NCBI GenBank assembly: GCA_016209495.1
Contig: JACQVX010000237.1
Location: 1-63,338 of the forward strand
DNA: 63,338 nt
Direction: 5' to 3'
DNA from: Planctomycetota bacterium
GTDB lineage: Bacteria; Planctomycetota; JACQVX01
Below, piece after piece: positions 37,171 to 46,729 of the stretch. The notes beneath the pieces are model-generated. The model did no database searches. It was not told the DNA's origin and was given only the letters and a program-made list of their open reading frames with translations. The stretch's first letter is position 1; each line of letters starts with the position of its first letter. The translations under genes and the position numbers were made by a program.

Positions 37171-39572
37171 TGCCGCCCGGGCCCGCACGCGCCCTCGTGC
37201 CCCTGGCGCTGGCCGCCTTCGTGCTCGTGCTGCACGGGCCGCTCCTGGTGGGCCCCGGCGTCCCGTACCAGGCGGACTTCTCCGCGACCTACGTCCCCAT
37301 CCAGACCTACTTCGCCCGGACGCTGGCCGCCGGGGAGTTTCCCCTCTGGAACCCGCACCTCCTGGGCGGGCACCCCTTCTTCGCCAACTGGCAGGCGGGG
37401 CTCTTCTATCCCGTGAACTACCTCTTCGTCTGGGCCGACCCGGCGCGGGCCCTGGTGGCCAAGGGGGTGTTCCACGCCCTGCTCGGGGTCCTGGGGATGT
37501 ACGCCCTGGGCCGCGGCTGGGGGCTCTCGCGCGCGGCGGCGGCCCTGGCGGCGGTGGCCTACGGGGGGAGCGGGGCCGTGGCGCTCACCGTGGGGGGGCC
37601 TCCCCTCACCGCGGCCCAGGCCTGGTCGCCCTGGGTCCTGGCGGCGGCCCGCGCGGCGCTGGACGGGGGAGGCCGCCGCGCCGGGGCGGCCCTGGCGGGT
37701 CTGCTGGGTCTGGCGCTCCTCGGGGGCTACGACAACCTGGCCTACCTCTTCCTCCTGCTGGCGGCCTTCGCCCTCGTCGAGGCCCTGGCCGTCCGCCGGC
37801 GCGCCGGGGCCATCCTGGGCGGACTGGCCGCGGCGGCGGCCGCCGGGGCCCTCGTGGCGGCGGTGCAGCTCGTCCCCCTGGCGGAGCTGGCCTCCCACGG
37901 GACGCGGACCGGGGGCGTGAGCTATGCCGAGGCCTCGGCCGGGGGCCTCGCCCCGGTGGGCCTGAGCGCCCTGTGGGTGCCCCAGCTCTTCGGGCGCGTG
38001 GGGGACGCGACCCTGTGGGGGCCCGGGGCGCCGCACCGGGGGGCCTACCTGTCGGCCTACCTCTACTTCGGGCTCGTGGCCCTGGGCCTCGCGGTCCATG
38101 GCGCCTGGGCGGGGGCCTGGGGCCGCAGGGAGCGGGTCCTGGCCGGGACCTTCGTCGTGGCGCTCCTGGCGACCATGGGCCCTCACACGCCTGTGCACCG
38201 GCTCCTCTACGAGTGCGTCCCGGGCTTCGCCTACCTGCGCTACCCCCTCAAGGCCTCGCTCCTGGTGGTGCTCTCGGGCTCCCTGCTGGCGGGGGTGGGG
38301 CTGGAGGCGCTCCGCCGCCGGCCTCCCGATCGCCGCTGGGCCCCCGCCGCCGCGGCCCTGGCCGCATCGGCCGCGCTGGTCCACGCCGCCGCGCGCCTGG
38401 GCGGGCCCTCCCTGGCCGAGGAAGGGGCGCAACGGCTGGCGGGGCGCTACGTGGCGCTGGGGCACACGGCCGAGGCCGCGTGGCGCTACGTGGAGGAGGC
38501 GGCGCGGGTGGCGGCGGAGGGGGTCGCGCTCGCCGCGGGCCTGGCGGCGGCCGCCCTCGTCGTCCTGGCGCTCGCCGCCCTGCGCCGTGTCCCCGGGGGC
38601 TCTGCGGCGGCGGCCCTGGTCGCCCTCGCCGCCCTCGACGGGTGGCTCTTCGTCGCGCGGGTGCCGGCGGTGAAGACGGTGGAACCGGGCTTCTACGCCG
38701 CCGACACACCGGTGCACCGGCTGCTCGAGGGGGAGGCGGGGCCCTTCCGCGTGTTCTCGCCGGAGGGGCACGACCTCTTCGAGCTCACCACCGAGTCCAA
38801 TGCCCTGGTGGCCGCGACGCGGACTCGCCGCCACGAACCGGACGCGGGGCGATTCGCCGCGTACCTGGCGAGGCTCCCGCAGAACCATGCGGTCCTCTAT
38901 GGCCTGGAGGACGCCCTGGGGGACGAACCCCTGCGCCTGGCGTCCTGGGACTCCCTCTGCAGCCTCCGGCGGGACTCCGGGGCGGCCATCGGCCGGCCGG
39001 CCACGGGCGGGGGGAGCCTGGACCGCGCGACGCTGGGTTCCGCCGTCTTCGACCTCCTGAACATCCGCTACCTCATCACGGGCGAGGAGGTGCGGCACCC
39101 TCGCTGGGAGCAGGTCCTGGACACCCCGGTGCGGGTCTACCGGAACCGCACCGTCCTGCCGCGCGCCTACGGGGTCCGGGCCGTATGCGAGGGGCTCCCC
39201 CGGGCCCGCCCCGGGGAGGTGGGCCGGGTGGAGGTCCTGGGGCGCGGGGCCTCCGAGGTGCGCCTGGCCGCCCGCATGGAGGCGCCGGGCCACGTGGTCC
39301 TCGCCGAGGCCTGGTACCCGGGCTGGACCGCCACCGTGGACGCCCGGGAGGTCCCGGTGAGGCGGAGCTTCGGGGCGCTGCGGTCCGTGGAGGTGGGCGC
39401 GGGGGCTCACGAGGTCGTCTTCCGGTTCCGCCCGCGGAGCCTCCGGGTCGGCCTGGCGGGGAGCGTGGTGGGACTCCTGGCCCTCGGCGTCGCCACGGCG
39501 GCGCGCCCCCGTGCCGGGGCGCGGGCCAGCACCAGGTCCGCCGTCGCGGCCCGGGAGGCGGTGCCATGCTAG
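37170..39572 (+). CDS. YfhO-family polytopic membrane protein (GT-C-like)
   Basis: Real part of ORF 36447..39572, from the ATG at 37170, which shares 1 nt with the upstream TGA. DFSATYVPIQTYFARTLAAGEFPLWNPHLLGGHPFFANWQAGLFYPVNYLF matches the YfhO N-terminal signature. Many TM helices are followed by a C-terminal soluble domain and a final TM. Confidence 0.75.
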   Translation: MPPGPARALVPLALAAFVLVLHGPLLVGPGVPYQADFSATYVPIQTYFARTLAAGEFPLWNPHLLGGHPFFANWQAGLFYPVNYLFVWADPARALVAKGVFHALLGVLGMYALGRGWGLSRAAAALAAVAYGGSGAVALTVGGPPLTAAQAWSPWVLAAARAALDGGGRRAGAALAGLLGLALLGGYDNLAYLFLLLAAFALVEALAVRRRAGAILGGLAAAAAAGALVAAVQLVPLAELASHGTRTGGVSYAEASAGGLAPVGLSALWVPQLFGRVGDATLWGPGAPHRGAYLSAYLYFGLVALGLAVHGAWAGAWGRRERVLAGTFVVALLATMGPHTPVHRLLYECVPGFAYLRYPLKASLLVVLSGSLLAGVGLEALRRRPPDRRWAPAAAALAASAALVHAAARLGGPSLAEEGAQRLAGRYVALGHTAEAAWRYVEEAARVAAEGVALAAGLAAAALVVLALAALRRVPGGSAAAALVALAALDGWLFVARVPAVKTVEPGFYAADTPVHRLLEGEAGPFRVFSPEGHDLFELTTESNALVAATRTRRHEPDAGRFAAYLARLPQNHAVLYGLEDALGDEPLRLASWDSLCSLRRDSGAAIGRPATGGGSLDRATLGSAVFDLLNIRYLITGEEVRHPRWEQVLDTPVRVYRNRTVLPRAYGVRAVCEGLPRARPGEVGRVEVLGRGASEVRLAARMEAPGHVVLAEAWYPGWTATVDAREVPVRRSFGALRSVEVGAGAHEVVFRFRPRSLRVGLAGSVVGLLALGVATAARPRAGARASTRSAVAAREAVPC

Positions 39573-40831
39573 GGCGCCCCCTCTCGATCCTCATGGTCTC
39601 GCCGAACCTGTGGTTCGAGGGACGCAGCGGCGTGGGGATGCCGGTCTTCTGGTGGGAGACAGCGGGCTACGCGCGGGCGGGCCACCGGGTCACGCTCTGC
39701 CTCTACGACGAGCGCCGCGAGGACGCGTCTCGGGAGGGGGGCATGGACCTGGTCCGCTTCCGCGTGCCAGGCACGAAGTGGGGGAGCCGGGCCGGCCGCG
39801 TCTTCGACGGCGTGCGGGGCCTGGAGTACCTGGCGCCGGCCGCCTGCCGCGCGGCCTGGCTGGCCGCCTATACCGGGAGCGCCCTCCGGCGGGCCGCGGG
39901 CCTGGCACGGCCGGGGCGCTACGACCTGGTCCATGCCCACTCCCACTGGAGCGTCCCCGCCGGGTGGCTGCTCGCGAGGCGGGCGCGGGTGCCCCTGGTG
40001 GTGCGCTACTACGGCGCGGAGGACCTGGGGGTGCACGCCCGGGAGCCCCTCCTGGCGTGGAAGTACCCGGACCGGTTCCCGGCCTTCCGGCTCCCGGCGG
40101 CCCGCATCGTCATGACCGATGACGGCTCCTGGGACCCGGCCATCGCGCGGGCCTTCGGTGCGAGCGAGGCGCGGGTGGTATGTCTCAGGAACGGCGTGGA
40201 TCACGCCCTGGGCGACGCGACCGAGGACCGCGCGGCCTGTCGGCGCGCCCTGGGGCTTCCGGAGGGCCTGCCCGTCGTCCTGAGCCTCTCCCGGCTGGCC
40301 CCGGAGAAGCGCGTCGAGGTCCCGCTGCGTGCCCTCGCGGCCGTCCGGGGCGCCTGGCTCGTGATCGCGGGGGAGGGGGGCGAGCGGCGCCGCCTCGAGG
40401 CCCTGGCGCGCGCACTGGGCCTGGCGGGACGGGTGCGCTTCCTGGGCGCCTTGCACCGGGAGGGTGTGAAGCGGGCCCTGGGCGCCTCGGACGTCCTGGT
40501 GAGCGCCTATCGCACGGCGAACTACTCGAACCACCTCTGGGAGGCCATGGCCGCGGGCCTCCCGGCCGTGGTGGCGGACCAGGGCCAGGGGGCTCGTTAC
40601 GTCCAGGACGGCACCACCGGCGTCCTGGTCCCGGACGGGGGCGGGGAGGACGCCCTGCGCCGGGGCTTCGAGGGGGCCCTCGCCGGCCTCCTGGCGGACC
40701 CCGTCCGGCGAGCGGCCATGGGCCGCGCGGCGCGCGCGTGGGCCCTCCGGGAGCTGCCGAGCTGGGAGGCCCGCGTGCGGCAGGGGGAGGCGATCTTCCG
40801 GGAGGTGCTAGAGGAATGGAGGGCCGCTTGA
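39566..40831 (+). CDS. GT4 glycosyltransferase
   Basis: Real part of ORF 37973..40831, from the ATG at 39566. A GT-B architecture ending in the ...NHLWEAMAAGLPAVVAD...DGTTGVLV (EX7E-like) region. Confidence 0.8.
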   Translation: MLGRPLSILMVSPNLWFEGRSGVGMPVFWWETAGYARAGHRVTLCLYDERREDASREGGMDLVRFRVPGTKWGSRAGRVFDGVRGLEYLAPAACRAAWLAAYTGSALRRAAGLARPGRYDLVHAHSHWSVPAGWLLARRARVPLVVRYYGAEDLGVHAREPLLAWKYPDRFPAFRLPAARIVMTDDGSWDPAIARAFGASEARVVCLRNGVDHALGDATEDRAACRRALGLPEGLPVVLSLSRLAPEKRVEVPLRALAAVRGAWLVIAGEGGERRRLEALARALGLAGRVRFLGALHREGVKRALGASDVLVSAYRTANYSNHLWEAMAAGLPAVVADQGQGARYVQDGTTGVLVPDGGGEDALRRGFEGALAGLLADPVRRAAMGRAARAWALRELPSWEARVRQGEAIFREVLEEWRAA

Positions 40832-42030
40832 GCGCCGGGGTCCTGGACGTCGCGGAACGCGCAGGGTGCGCCGCGGGACGAGGCGCCGGGGGGAGGCCCC
40901 TGACGGTGCTCGTGGAGGCGGCGGTCCTGAACCGCGCCCACGCCACGGGCGTCCAGCGGAAGTTCCGCGCCCTCTTCCGGGCACTGGCCCGCCAGGAGCC
41001 CCGGGTACGCCTGGTGCTCTGCTACCCGGCGTTACGCCGTGCCGAGGACTGCTTCGTGCCCCTCCCGGAGCCCAACATCCGCGCCTGGCGCCTCCCGGTC
41101 CCGCCGGGCCTGCGCCACGACCGGTTCCTCCGGCTCTGGCTCGACGTGGTCGTCCCGGCGGCGGCGGTCTGGGCGGGGGCGGACCTGGTGCACGCGACGA
41201 CCTACCTGGCGCCCCGCACGGGCCGTCCGGTCGTGGTCACCCTGAATCATTACTGGCCTGCCGAGTTCGCCGCGCCCGAGAGCGCCCTGGGTGCGCGTCT
41301 CCAGGACTCGCTCGCCCGCGCGAGGGCGGTGGTCGCGGCCTCGGAGCGTTCCCGGGAGAACATCGAGCGGCACTTCCCCTGGCTGGCCGGGCGGCTCGTG
41401 GCGGTCCCGGATGGCCTCCCCGAGAGGCGCGAGGTGGCCCCCCCGTCGGCGGTGCTGGGCGTGCGCGAACGCCTCGGACTGGAGGGGAACTACGCCCTGT
41501 CGGTGGGGACGGTGATCCCGCGGAAGAACGTGGACGGGCTGGTGCGCGCCCTGGGCCTGGCGCGCGCCCTGCGGCCGGGGCTCGTGCTCGTGGTGGTGGG
41601 CCGCGAGGACGACCCCTCCGCGCGGCGGGTCGCCGAGGGGCTGGGGCTCCGGGACGCGGTGCGCTTCGTGGGTCCCGTGGACGACGCGACGCTCTCCGCG
41701 CTCTACGGTGGGGCGGCCCTCCTGGCCCAGCCGGCCTGGGAGGAGGGCTTCGGGCTCCCGGTGCTGGAGGCCGCCGCCCTGGGCGTCCCCGTGGTGGCGA
41801 GCGAGCGGACCTGCGCGCGGGAGGTCCTGGGGGAGGAGGCGTGGACCGTGGAGCCGGGGGACGATGCGAGTCTGGCCCGGATCCTCGTGGAGGTCTCGGA
41901 CGGAGGCCCGCGGGTGGCGGCCCGGGTGGATCGTGCTCGCGGTCGCGCGGCCTCGTGGACCTGGGAGGGACCGGCCCGGAGGCTGGCCGCCCTTTACCGG
42001 CGCGTGGCCACTCCGGGGGTGGCCGCGTGA
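40816..42030 (+). CDS. GT4 glycosyltransferase
   Basis: Real part of ORF 40180..42030, from the ATG at 40816. PRKNVDGLVRAL, and EEGFGLPVLEAAALGVPVVAS is the GT4 EX7E motif. Confidence 0.8.
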   Translation: MEGRLSAGVLDVAERAGCAAGRGAGGRPLTVLVEAAVLNRAHATGVQRKFRALFRALARQEPRVRLVLCYPALRRAEDCFVPLPEPNIRAWRLPVPPGLRHDRFLRLWLDVVVPAAAVWAGADLVHATTYLAPRTGRPVVVTLNHYWPAEFAAPESALGARLQDSLARARAVVAASERSRENIERHFPWLAGRLVAVPDGLPERREVAPPSAVLGVRERLGLEGNYALSVGTVIPRKNVDGLVRALGLARALRPGLVLVVVGREDDPSARRVAEGLGLRDAVRFVGPVDDATLSALYGGAALLAQPAWEEGFGLPVLEAAALGVPVVASERTCAREVLGEEAWTVEPGDDASLARILVEVSDGGPRVAARVDRARGRAASWTWEGPARRLAALYRRVATPGVAA

Positions 42031-42638
42031 GCGGTCCCGCCCTCCTGTTCTTCCGCGCCGGGGGACCGCACCCGTGGTGCGCGGCGCGCTGGAGGTGGCT
42101 CGCCGGTCAGGGCCTCCTCGCCGGGGTGACCCGGAGGTCGCGCGCGCGGGACCCGCGGTGGGTCCTGGGGGAGGTCCTGGGGCGGCTGGACCGCGAGCAC
42201 CCCGGCGTCCGGGTGGCCCTGGTCGGAGACGCCCCCGCGCTGGAGGCGGCCGCCGGGATGCCGCCTATCGGACACGCGCTTCGCTGCGAGCGGCCGTGGC
42301 GCGTGGCGGACTGGGCTCGCGCCGCCCTGGAGGCCACCGGCGGGGAGACCCCCGCCGCCCTGTGGGTCGTCTACCCGGACGCCCTGGGGATGGGGTTCCT
42401 CCCCGCGGAGGTCGCCGCCCTCCAGGTCGCGGCGGGCGATCGGGCGATCCTCTCCGCTCGGGGGCGGCGCGTGCCGCTGGACGGGTGGTCCGTCGCCTCG
42501 TTCGCCTGGCGGCGAACGGTGGTGAAGCTCTGGCTCGTGGAGCTGGCGGCGAGCCTCCTCTTCCTCGCCGCCCTTCCGGCGCTTGTGCTGCCGGCCCTGG
42601 CCACGGCCGCGCGCCGCCGCCTGGGGGCCCAACCGTGA
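42027..42638 (+). CDS. Hypothetical protein with C-terminal TM anchor (no family recognised)
   Basis: Real part of ORF 40866..42638, from the GTG at 42027. GTGA overlaps at both ends and high third-position GC support coding. C-terminal LWLVELAASLLFLAALPALVLPAL is hydrophobic. Confidence 0.55.
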   Translation: MSGPALLFFRAGGPHPWCAARWRWLAGQGLLAGVTRRSRARDPRWVLGEVLGRLDREHPGVRVALVGDAPALEAAAGMPPIGHALRCERPWRVADWARAALEATGGETPAALWVVYPDALGMGFLPAEVAALQVAAGDRAILSARGRRVPLDGWSVASFAWRRTVVKLWLVELAASLLFLAALPALVLPALATAARRRLGAQP

Positions 42639-43501
42639 GCGTCGCGACCGCGGTCCCGCGCGAGGTCCGGGCGTGGTGGGACGCGAACCCCATGACCTAC
42701 GGCCCGGTGCACGGAGGCTCCCACGGGGCGGTGCCAGGCTCGGAGGCCTTCTTCCGCGAGGCCGATCGGGCCTTCCTCCGGCAGGCGCGGTTCGCGAGCG
42801 GTGGCGGGGTCCTCCTGGGTGACCTGGTGGACTACGCCCGCTGGGCCGGCCGCGACGTCCTGGAGGTGGGCTGCGGGATAGGTGCGGTGGCCCAGCGCTT
42901 CGTGGAGGCCGGCGCCCGCCTCACGGCGGTGGACCTGACGGCCACGGCGGTGGCCCAGACGTGCCGGCGTCTGCTCGGGACGGGGCGGCGCGCGCGGGTC
43001 TACCAGGCCGACGCAGAGCGCCTCCCGTTCGCGACGGGACGTTTCGATGCCGTGTTCTCCTGGGGAGTCCTGCACCACACGCCCGGCATCGCGAGGGCCG
43101 TGGCGGAGGTCCACCGGGTGCTCCGGCCCGGCGGCGAGGCGATGGTGATGCTCTATCACCGCCACTCCCTGCGTTTCTGGCTGGACAAGTGGCTCTGGGA
43201 GGGGGTCGTCCACGGGGAGAACCGCTTCCTGGACCGGGACGCCCTCACGAGCCGCTACTCCGACGGCTGGGAGGAGGCAGGCAACCCACACACCCGGACC
43301 TTCAGCCGCCGGGAGGCGCGGCGTCTCTTCGAGGCCTTCGAGGCGGTGCGCGTGGAGGTCTGCGGGAACCTGCAGGTATCGTATCGCCGCTACCTGCCCG
43401 GGCTCTGGCGCCTGGTCCCCGAGTGGCTCGAACGCTACTGGGCCACCAGGGTGGGGTGGTTCCTGTGGGTGCGTGCCCGGAAGGGTGGCGTCCCGTCGTG
43501 A
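42635..43501 (+). CDS. Class I SAM-dependent methyltransferase
   Basis: Real part of ORF 41708..43501, from the GTG at 42635. VLEVGCGIG (motif I), DAVFSWGVLHH, LRPGGEAMV. Confidence 0.8.
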   Translation: MSVATAVPREVRAWWDANPMTYGPVHGGSHGAVPGSEAFFREADRAFLRQARFASGGGVLLGDLVDYARWAGRDVLEVGCGIGAVAQRFVEAGARLTAVDLTATAVAQTCRRLLGTGRRARVYQADAERLPFATGRFDAVFSWGVLHHTPGIARAVAEVHRVLRPGGEAMVMLYHRHSLRFWLDKWLWEGVVHGENRFLDRDALTSRYSDGWEEAGNPHTRTFSRREARRLFEAFEAVRVEVCGNLQVSYRRYLPGLWRLVPEWLERYWATRVGWFLWVRARKGGVPS

Positions 43502-45084
43502 GCCGCGCCGCCACCGTGCCGCTCCCCTGGTCGCGCCCGGGCTGGCCGCTCCCGGGACGTGCCGCCGGGTCGCCCGCGCCGGGCGTGTCGAGAGAGGCCG
43601 GCCCCGCGGGGACCGTGCTGGGAGCGGTCCAGGAATACGCGGACCGGCACGCCTGGACCACCCTGGTGGTCGCCTCCCTCTTCTTCTATGCCCTGATCTT
43701 CCCCTACCGGTCCATCCACCTGGGGCAGCCCCTCATGGTGGTGATGGGGCTCGCCTTCGCCCTGGTCAGCGCGAAGTTCGCCATGGACCAGTTCTTCCTC
43801 CTCCTCGTCCTCTTCAACGCCTACGCCACGTTCCAGAAGGTCCTCCCGGGGGATTTCGGCTACTTCCTGACCGCCTTCAACCTCACGAACGTGATGTTCG
43901 CCTTCACCATCCTGGGACTGCTCTTCCGGGCGCGGGAAGGCAACCGGGCCCTCATCCGGGTCCGACCCATCGACCTCCCGCTGGTGGCCTTCGCCTTCAT
44001 CAGCAGCCTTTCCCTGATCCTGGGGGAGCTGCGGAGCGGCGGCGACGTCTATTCGGGGCATGTGGTCTTCGCCCTCAAGCGCTGGCTGGAGCCCCTGTTC
44101 ATCTACCTGGTGGCGGTGAACGCGATCCAGGACCGGCGAGACAACCTCTTCCTGACCGCCGGAGTGGCCTTCGTCGCGGCGCTCATCGGCATCCGGGGCG
44201 TGAAGGAGTGGTACCTGGACAAGGGCGGCCTCTACGGGGCCCACTACGGGAACATCGACCGCGCCCGGATCTCGGTGCAGTGCGACAACCCGAACCAGCT
44301 CGGGGCCTATCTCTGCAACTACTCCTTCTACCTGGCGGCCATAGGCCTCATGGCCCGTCGGTGGTGGACCCGGGTCCTGGGCCTCGTGGGCTTCGTCGCC
44401 TGCGGGCGGGCCATGCTCCTCACCTTCTCCCGGGGCACCACCCTGGCCTTCGCCTGCGCGGGTGTGATGCTGGTCCTCCTGTGGAACCGGAAGGCCTTCC
44501 TCCTGGTCCTGGTCCCGCTGCTCGTCTACTTCTCGTTCTTCCCCCAGCAGATCCCAGGGATCCTGGTGGGGCGCTTCTCCAGCACCTTCACGCGGGTCGA
44601 CCCGGAGGGGGTCCGGAACCCGAGGGACGTCGTCGTCGCGGGGGCCAAGCTGGACGAGTCGAGCGTGGGTCGGCTGGCCATCTGGCAGTACGGCATCGAG
44701 ATCATCAAGGAGAACCCCCTCTTCGGCGTGGGCTTCGGGCGCTTCCGGCTGGAGATCCTGAAGCTCTCGGGCGGGACCTTCGATTCCCACAACACCTACC
44801 TTACCATCGCCGCGGAGATGGGCCTGCCCGCCCTGGCGCTGTTCCTCTCCATGCTCTGGCTCTACTCCCGCGAGGCCTACCACGTCTGGCGCGCGAGCGT
44901 GGTCCCCTTCGAGCGGATGGTGGCGGTGGGCTACCTGGCGGGGATCGTGGGGATGGCGGTCTCGAACGTCTTCGGATTCCGGCTCAACTCGAACGAGGTC
45001 ACGTTCCACTACTGGATCATGACGGCGGTCATCGTCCGGATGGCCGAGTTCGTGAGGTCGGCCCGGCCGGCGGAGGAGGCTTGA
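43498..45084 (+). CDS. O-antigen ligase/polymerase family membrane protein (Wzy-like)
   Basis: Real part of ORF 42961..45084, from the GTG at 43498. About 10-12 TM helices, and a Wzy_C-like loop (MLLTFSRGTTLAF ... NPLFGVGFGRF ... SHNTYLTIAAEMG). Confidence 0.75.
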   Translation: MSRAATVPLPWSRPGWPLPGRAAGSPAPGVSREAGPAGTVLGAVQEYADRHAWTTLVVASLFFYALIFPYRSIHLGQPLMVVMGLAFALVSAKFAMDQFFLLLVLFNAYATFQKVLPGDFGYFLTAFNLTNVMFAFTILGLLFRAREGNRALIRVRPIDLPLVAFAFISSLSLILGELRSGGDVYSGHVVFALKRWLEPLFIYLVAVNAIQDRRDNLFLTAGVAFVAALIGIRGVKEWYLDKGGLYGAHYGNIDRARISVQCDNPNQLGAYLCNYSFYLAAIGLMARRWWTRVLGLVGFVACGRAMLLTFSRGTTLAFACAGVMLVLLWNRKAFLLVLVPLLVYFSFFPQQIPGILVGRFSSTFTRVDPEGVRNPRDVVVAGAKLDESSVGRLAIWQYGIEIIKENPLFGVGFGRFRLEILKLSGGTFDSHNTYLTIAAEMGLPALALFLSMLWLYSREAYHVWRASVVPFERMVAVGYLAGIVGMAVSNVFGFRLNSNEVTFHYWIMTAVIVRMAEFVRSARPAEEA

Positions 45085-45833
45085 TGCGCGCGGTCATCCT
45101 CGCGGGTGGGCTCGGGACGAGGCTGCTCCCCTACACCACGGTGCTGCCGAAGCCCCTCATGCCGGTAGGCAACCGGCCGGTCCTCCGGATCGTGCTGGAA
45201 CAGCTCGCACGCTCGGGGGTGGAGGAGGTCACCCTGGCCGTGGGCTACCTGGCGGAGCTCATCGAGGCCTACTTCGGCGACGGTCGGCGCGTGGGCCTCC
45301 GGATCCGCTACCTGAGGGAGGAGGAGCCCCTGGGGACCGTGGGGGCCCTGGCCCTGCTCGAGGACTTCCACGAGGACCTCCTGGTGACCAACGGGGACAT
45401 CCTGACGACCCTGGACTTCCGGGCCTTCTTCGAGGCCCACCGCTCCCACGGGGCCCCGGCCTCGGTGGCCATCACGCGGCGGGAGGTGGCCATCGACTTC
45501 GGGGTGATCCGGTCCGACGAGTCGGGTCGGGTGACCGCCTATGAGGAGAAGCCCCGCCTCTCCTACCAGGTGTCCACCGGGGTCTACGCCTTCTCGCCCC
45601 GCGTCCTGCGCTTCATCCCCCGGGGCCGGCGCTTCGACGTCCCGGACCTGATGCACGCCCTGGTGCGGGCCGGAGAGCGGGTCCATGCCCACAGCGCCGA
45701 ACACGTCTGGCTGGACATCGGGCGCAAGCAGGACTACGAGGCGGCGGAGGCCATGCTGGCGGAGCACGGCGAGGCCTTCGGCGGGGAGCGGCGCCCCCCG
45801 GAGGGCTCGGCCCTGGAAGGGCGGCCGCGATGA
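45084..45833 (+). CDS. Sugar-phosphate nucleotidyltransferase
   Basis: Real part of ORF 43473..45833, from the ATG at 45084. MRAVILAGGLGTRLLPYTTVLPKPLMPV is the G-G-x-G-T-R-L NTP-transferase signature. Confidence 0.85.
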   Translation: MRAVILAGGLGTRLLPYTTVLPKPLMPVGNRPVLRIVLEQLARSGVEEVTLAVGYLAELIEAYFGDGRRVGLRIRYLREEEPLGTVGALALLEDFHEDLLVTNGDILTTLDFRAFFEAHRSHGAPASVAITRREVAIDFGVIRSDESGRVTAYEEKPRLSYQVSTGVYAFSPRVLRFIPRGRRFDVPDLMHALVRAGERVHAHSAEHVWLDIGRKQDYEAAEAMLAEHGEAFGGERRPPEGSALEGRPR

Positions 45834-46729
45834 GCAGCCGAGCGAAGCGCCGCGAGGGAGGACATGCAAGGGTCCTGGTCACCGGGGCGGAGGGCTTCCT
45901 GGGGCGGCGTCTGGTGCCGCGGCTGGCCCAGCTCTGGGACGTCGTCGCCGTGGGGCACGGCTCGCCGGGCCTGGAGCTCGGGTGCGGGCATGGGGTGCGG
46001 GGCCTGCCCCCCGTGGACGCGGTGGTCCACCTGGCGGCGGCGGTGGGCTGGGGACCGAGGGGTGGAGACGCGCTCCGGATGCGGAGGGTGAACGCCCGGG
46101 GGACCGGCCGGCTCATGCGCTGGGCCGCGGGGGCCGGTGTGCGCCGCGTGGTCTACGCCTCCAGCTACGTCTACGGGCCGCCCCGGTACCTGCCCGTGGA
46201 CGAGGCCCACCCCCTCGCGCCGGCCAACCCGTACGCGGCGAGCAAGCTCCGGGGCGAGGAGTGGGTCCGGCGTTCGGCGAGGGCGGGGGGGCTCGACGCG
46301 GTGATCCTCAGGCTCTTCAACGTCTACGGTCCCGGCCAGGGGGGAGACCTCCTCGTCCCCACCATCCTCCGGCAGCTCCCCTCGGGCGTGGTCGTCCTCC
46401 GGGACCCTCGGCCGCGCAGGGACCTGCTCCACGTGGAGGACGCCGTGGAGGCCTTCTTGGCCGCCCTCCTGGGGCCCCCCGGGGTCCACACCATCAACAT
46501 CGGCTCCGGCCGCTCCCACTCGGTGGCGGAGGTCGTCGACCGGGTGGAGGCGGCGGCCGGGGTCCGCCTGGCCCGCGTGTTCACGGGACCGGACGATGAC
46601 CCGGTGCGGGAGACCCGCGCCGACGTCCGGCGCGCCCTCGAGGTCCTGGGCTGGCGGCCCCGGGTGGACCTGGCGGAGGGGATCGGCCGGTGCGTGGCCG
46701 CGATCGCCCGGCAGGCGGTGACGGCGTGA
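45830..46729 (+). CDS. NAD-dependent epimerase/dehydratase (extended SDR)
   Basis: 299 aa with VLVTGAEGFLG, the ASSYVYG region and PYAASK (YxxxK). ATGA overlap upstream. Confidence 0.85.
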   Translation: MSSRAKRREGGHARVLVTGAEGFLGRRLVPRLAQLWDVVAVGHGSPGLELGCGHGVRGLPPVDAVVHLAAAVGWGPRGGDALRMRRVNARGTGRLMRWAAGAGVRRVVYASSYVYGPPRYLPVDEAHPLAPANPYAASKLRGEEWVRRSARAGGLDAVILRLFNVYGPGQGGDLLVPTILRQLPSGVVVLRDPRPRRDLLHVEDAVEAFLAALLGPPGVHTINIGSGRSHSVAEVVDRVEAAAGVRLARVFTGPDDDPVRETRADVRRALEVLGWRPRVDLAEGIGRCVAAIARQAVTA

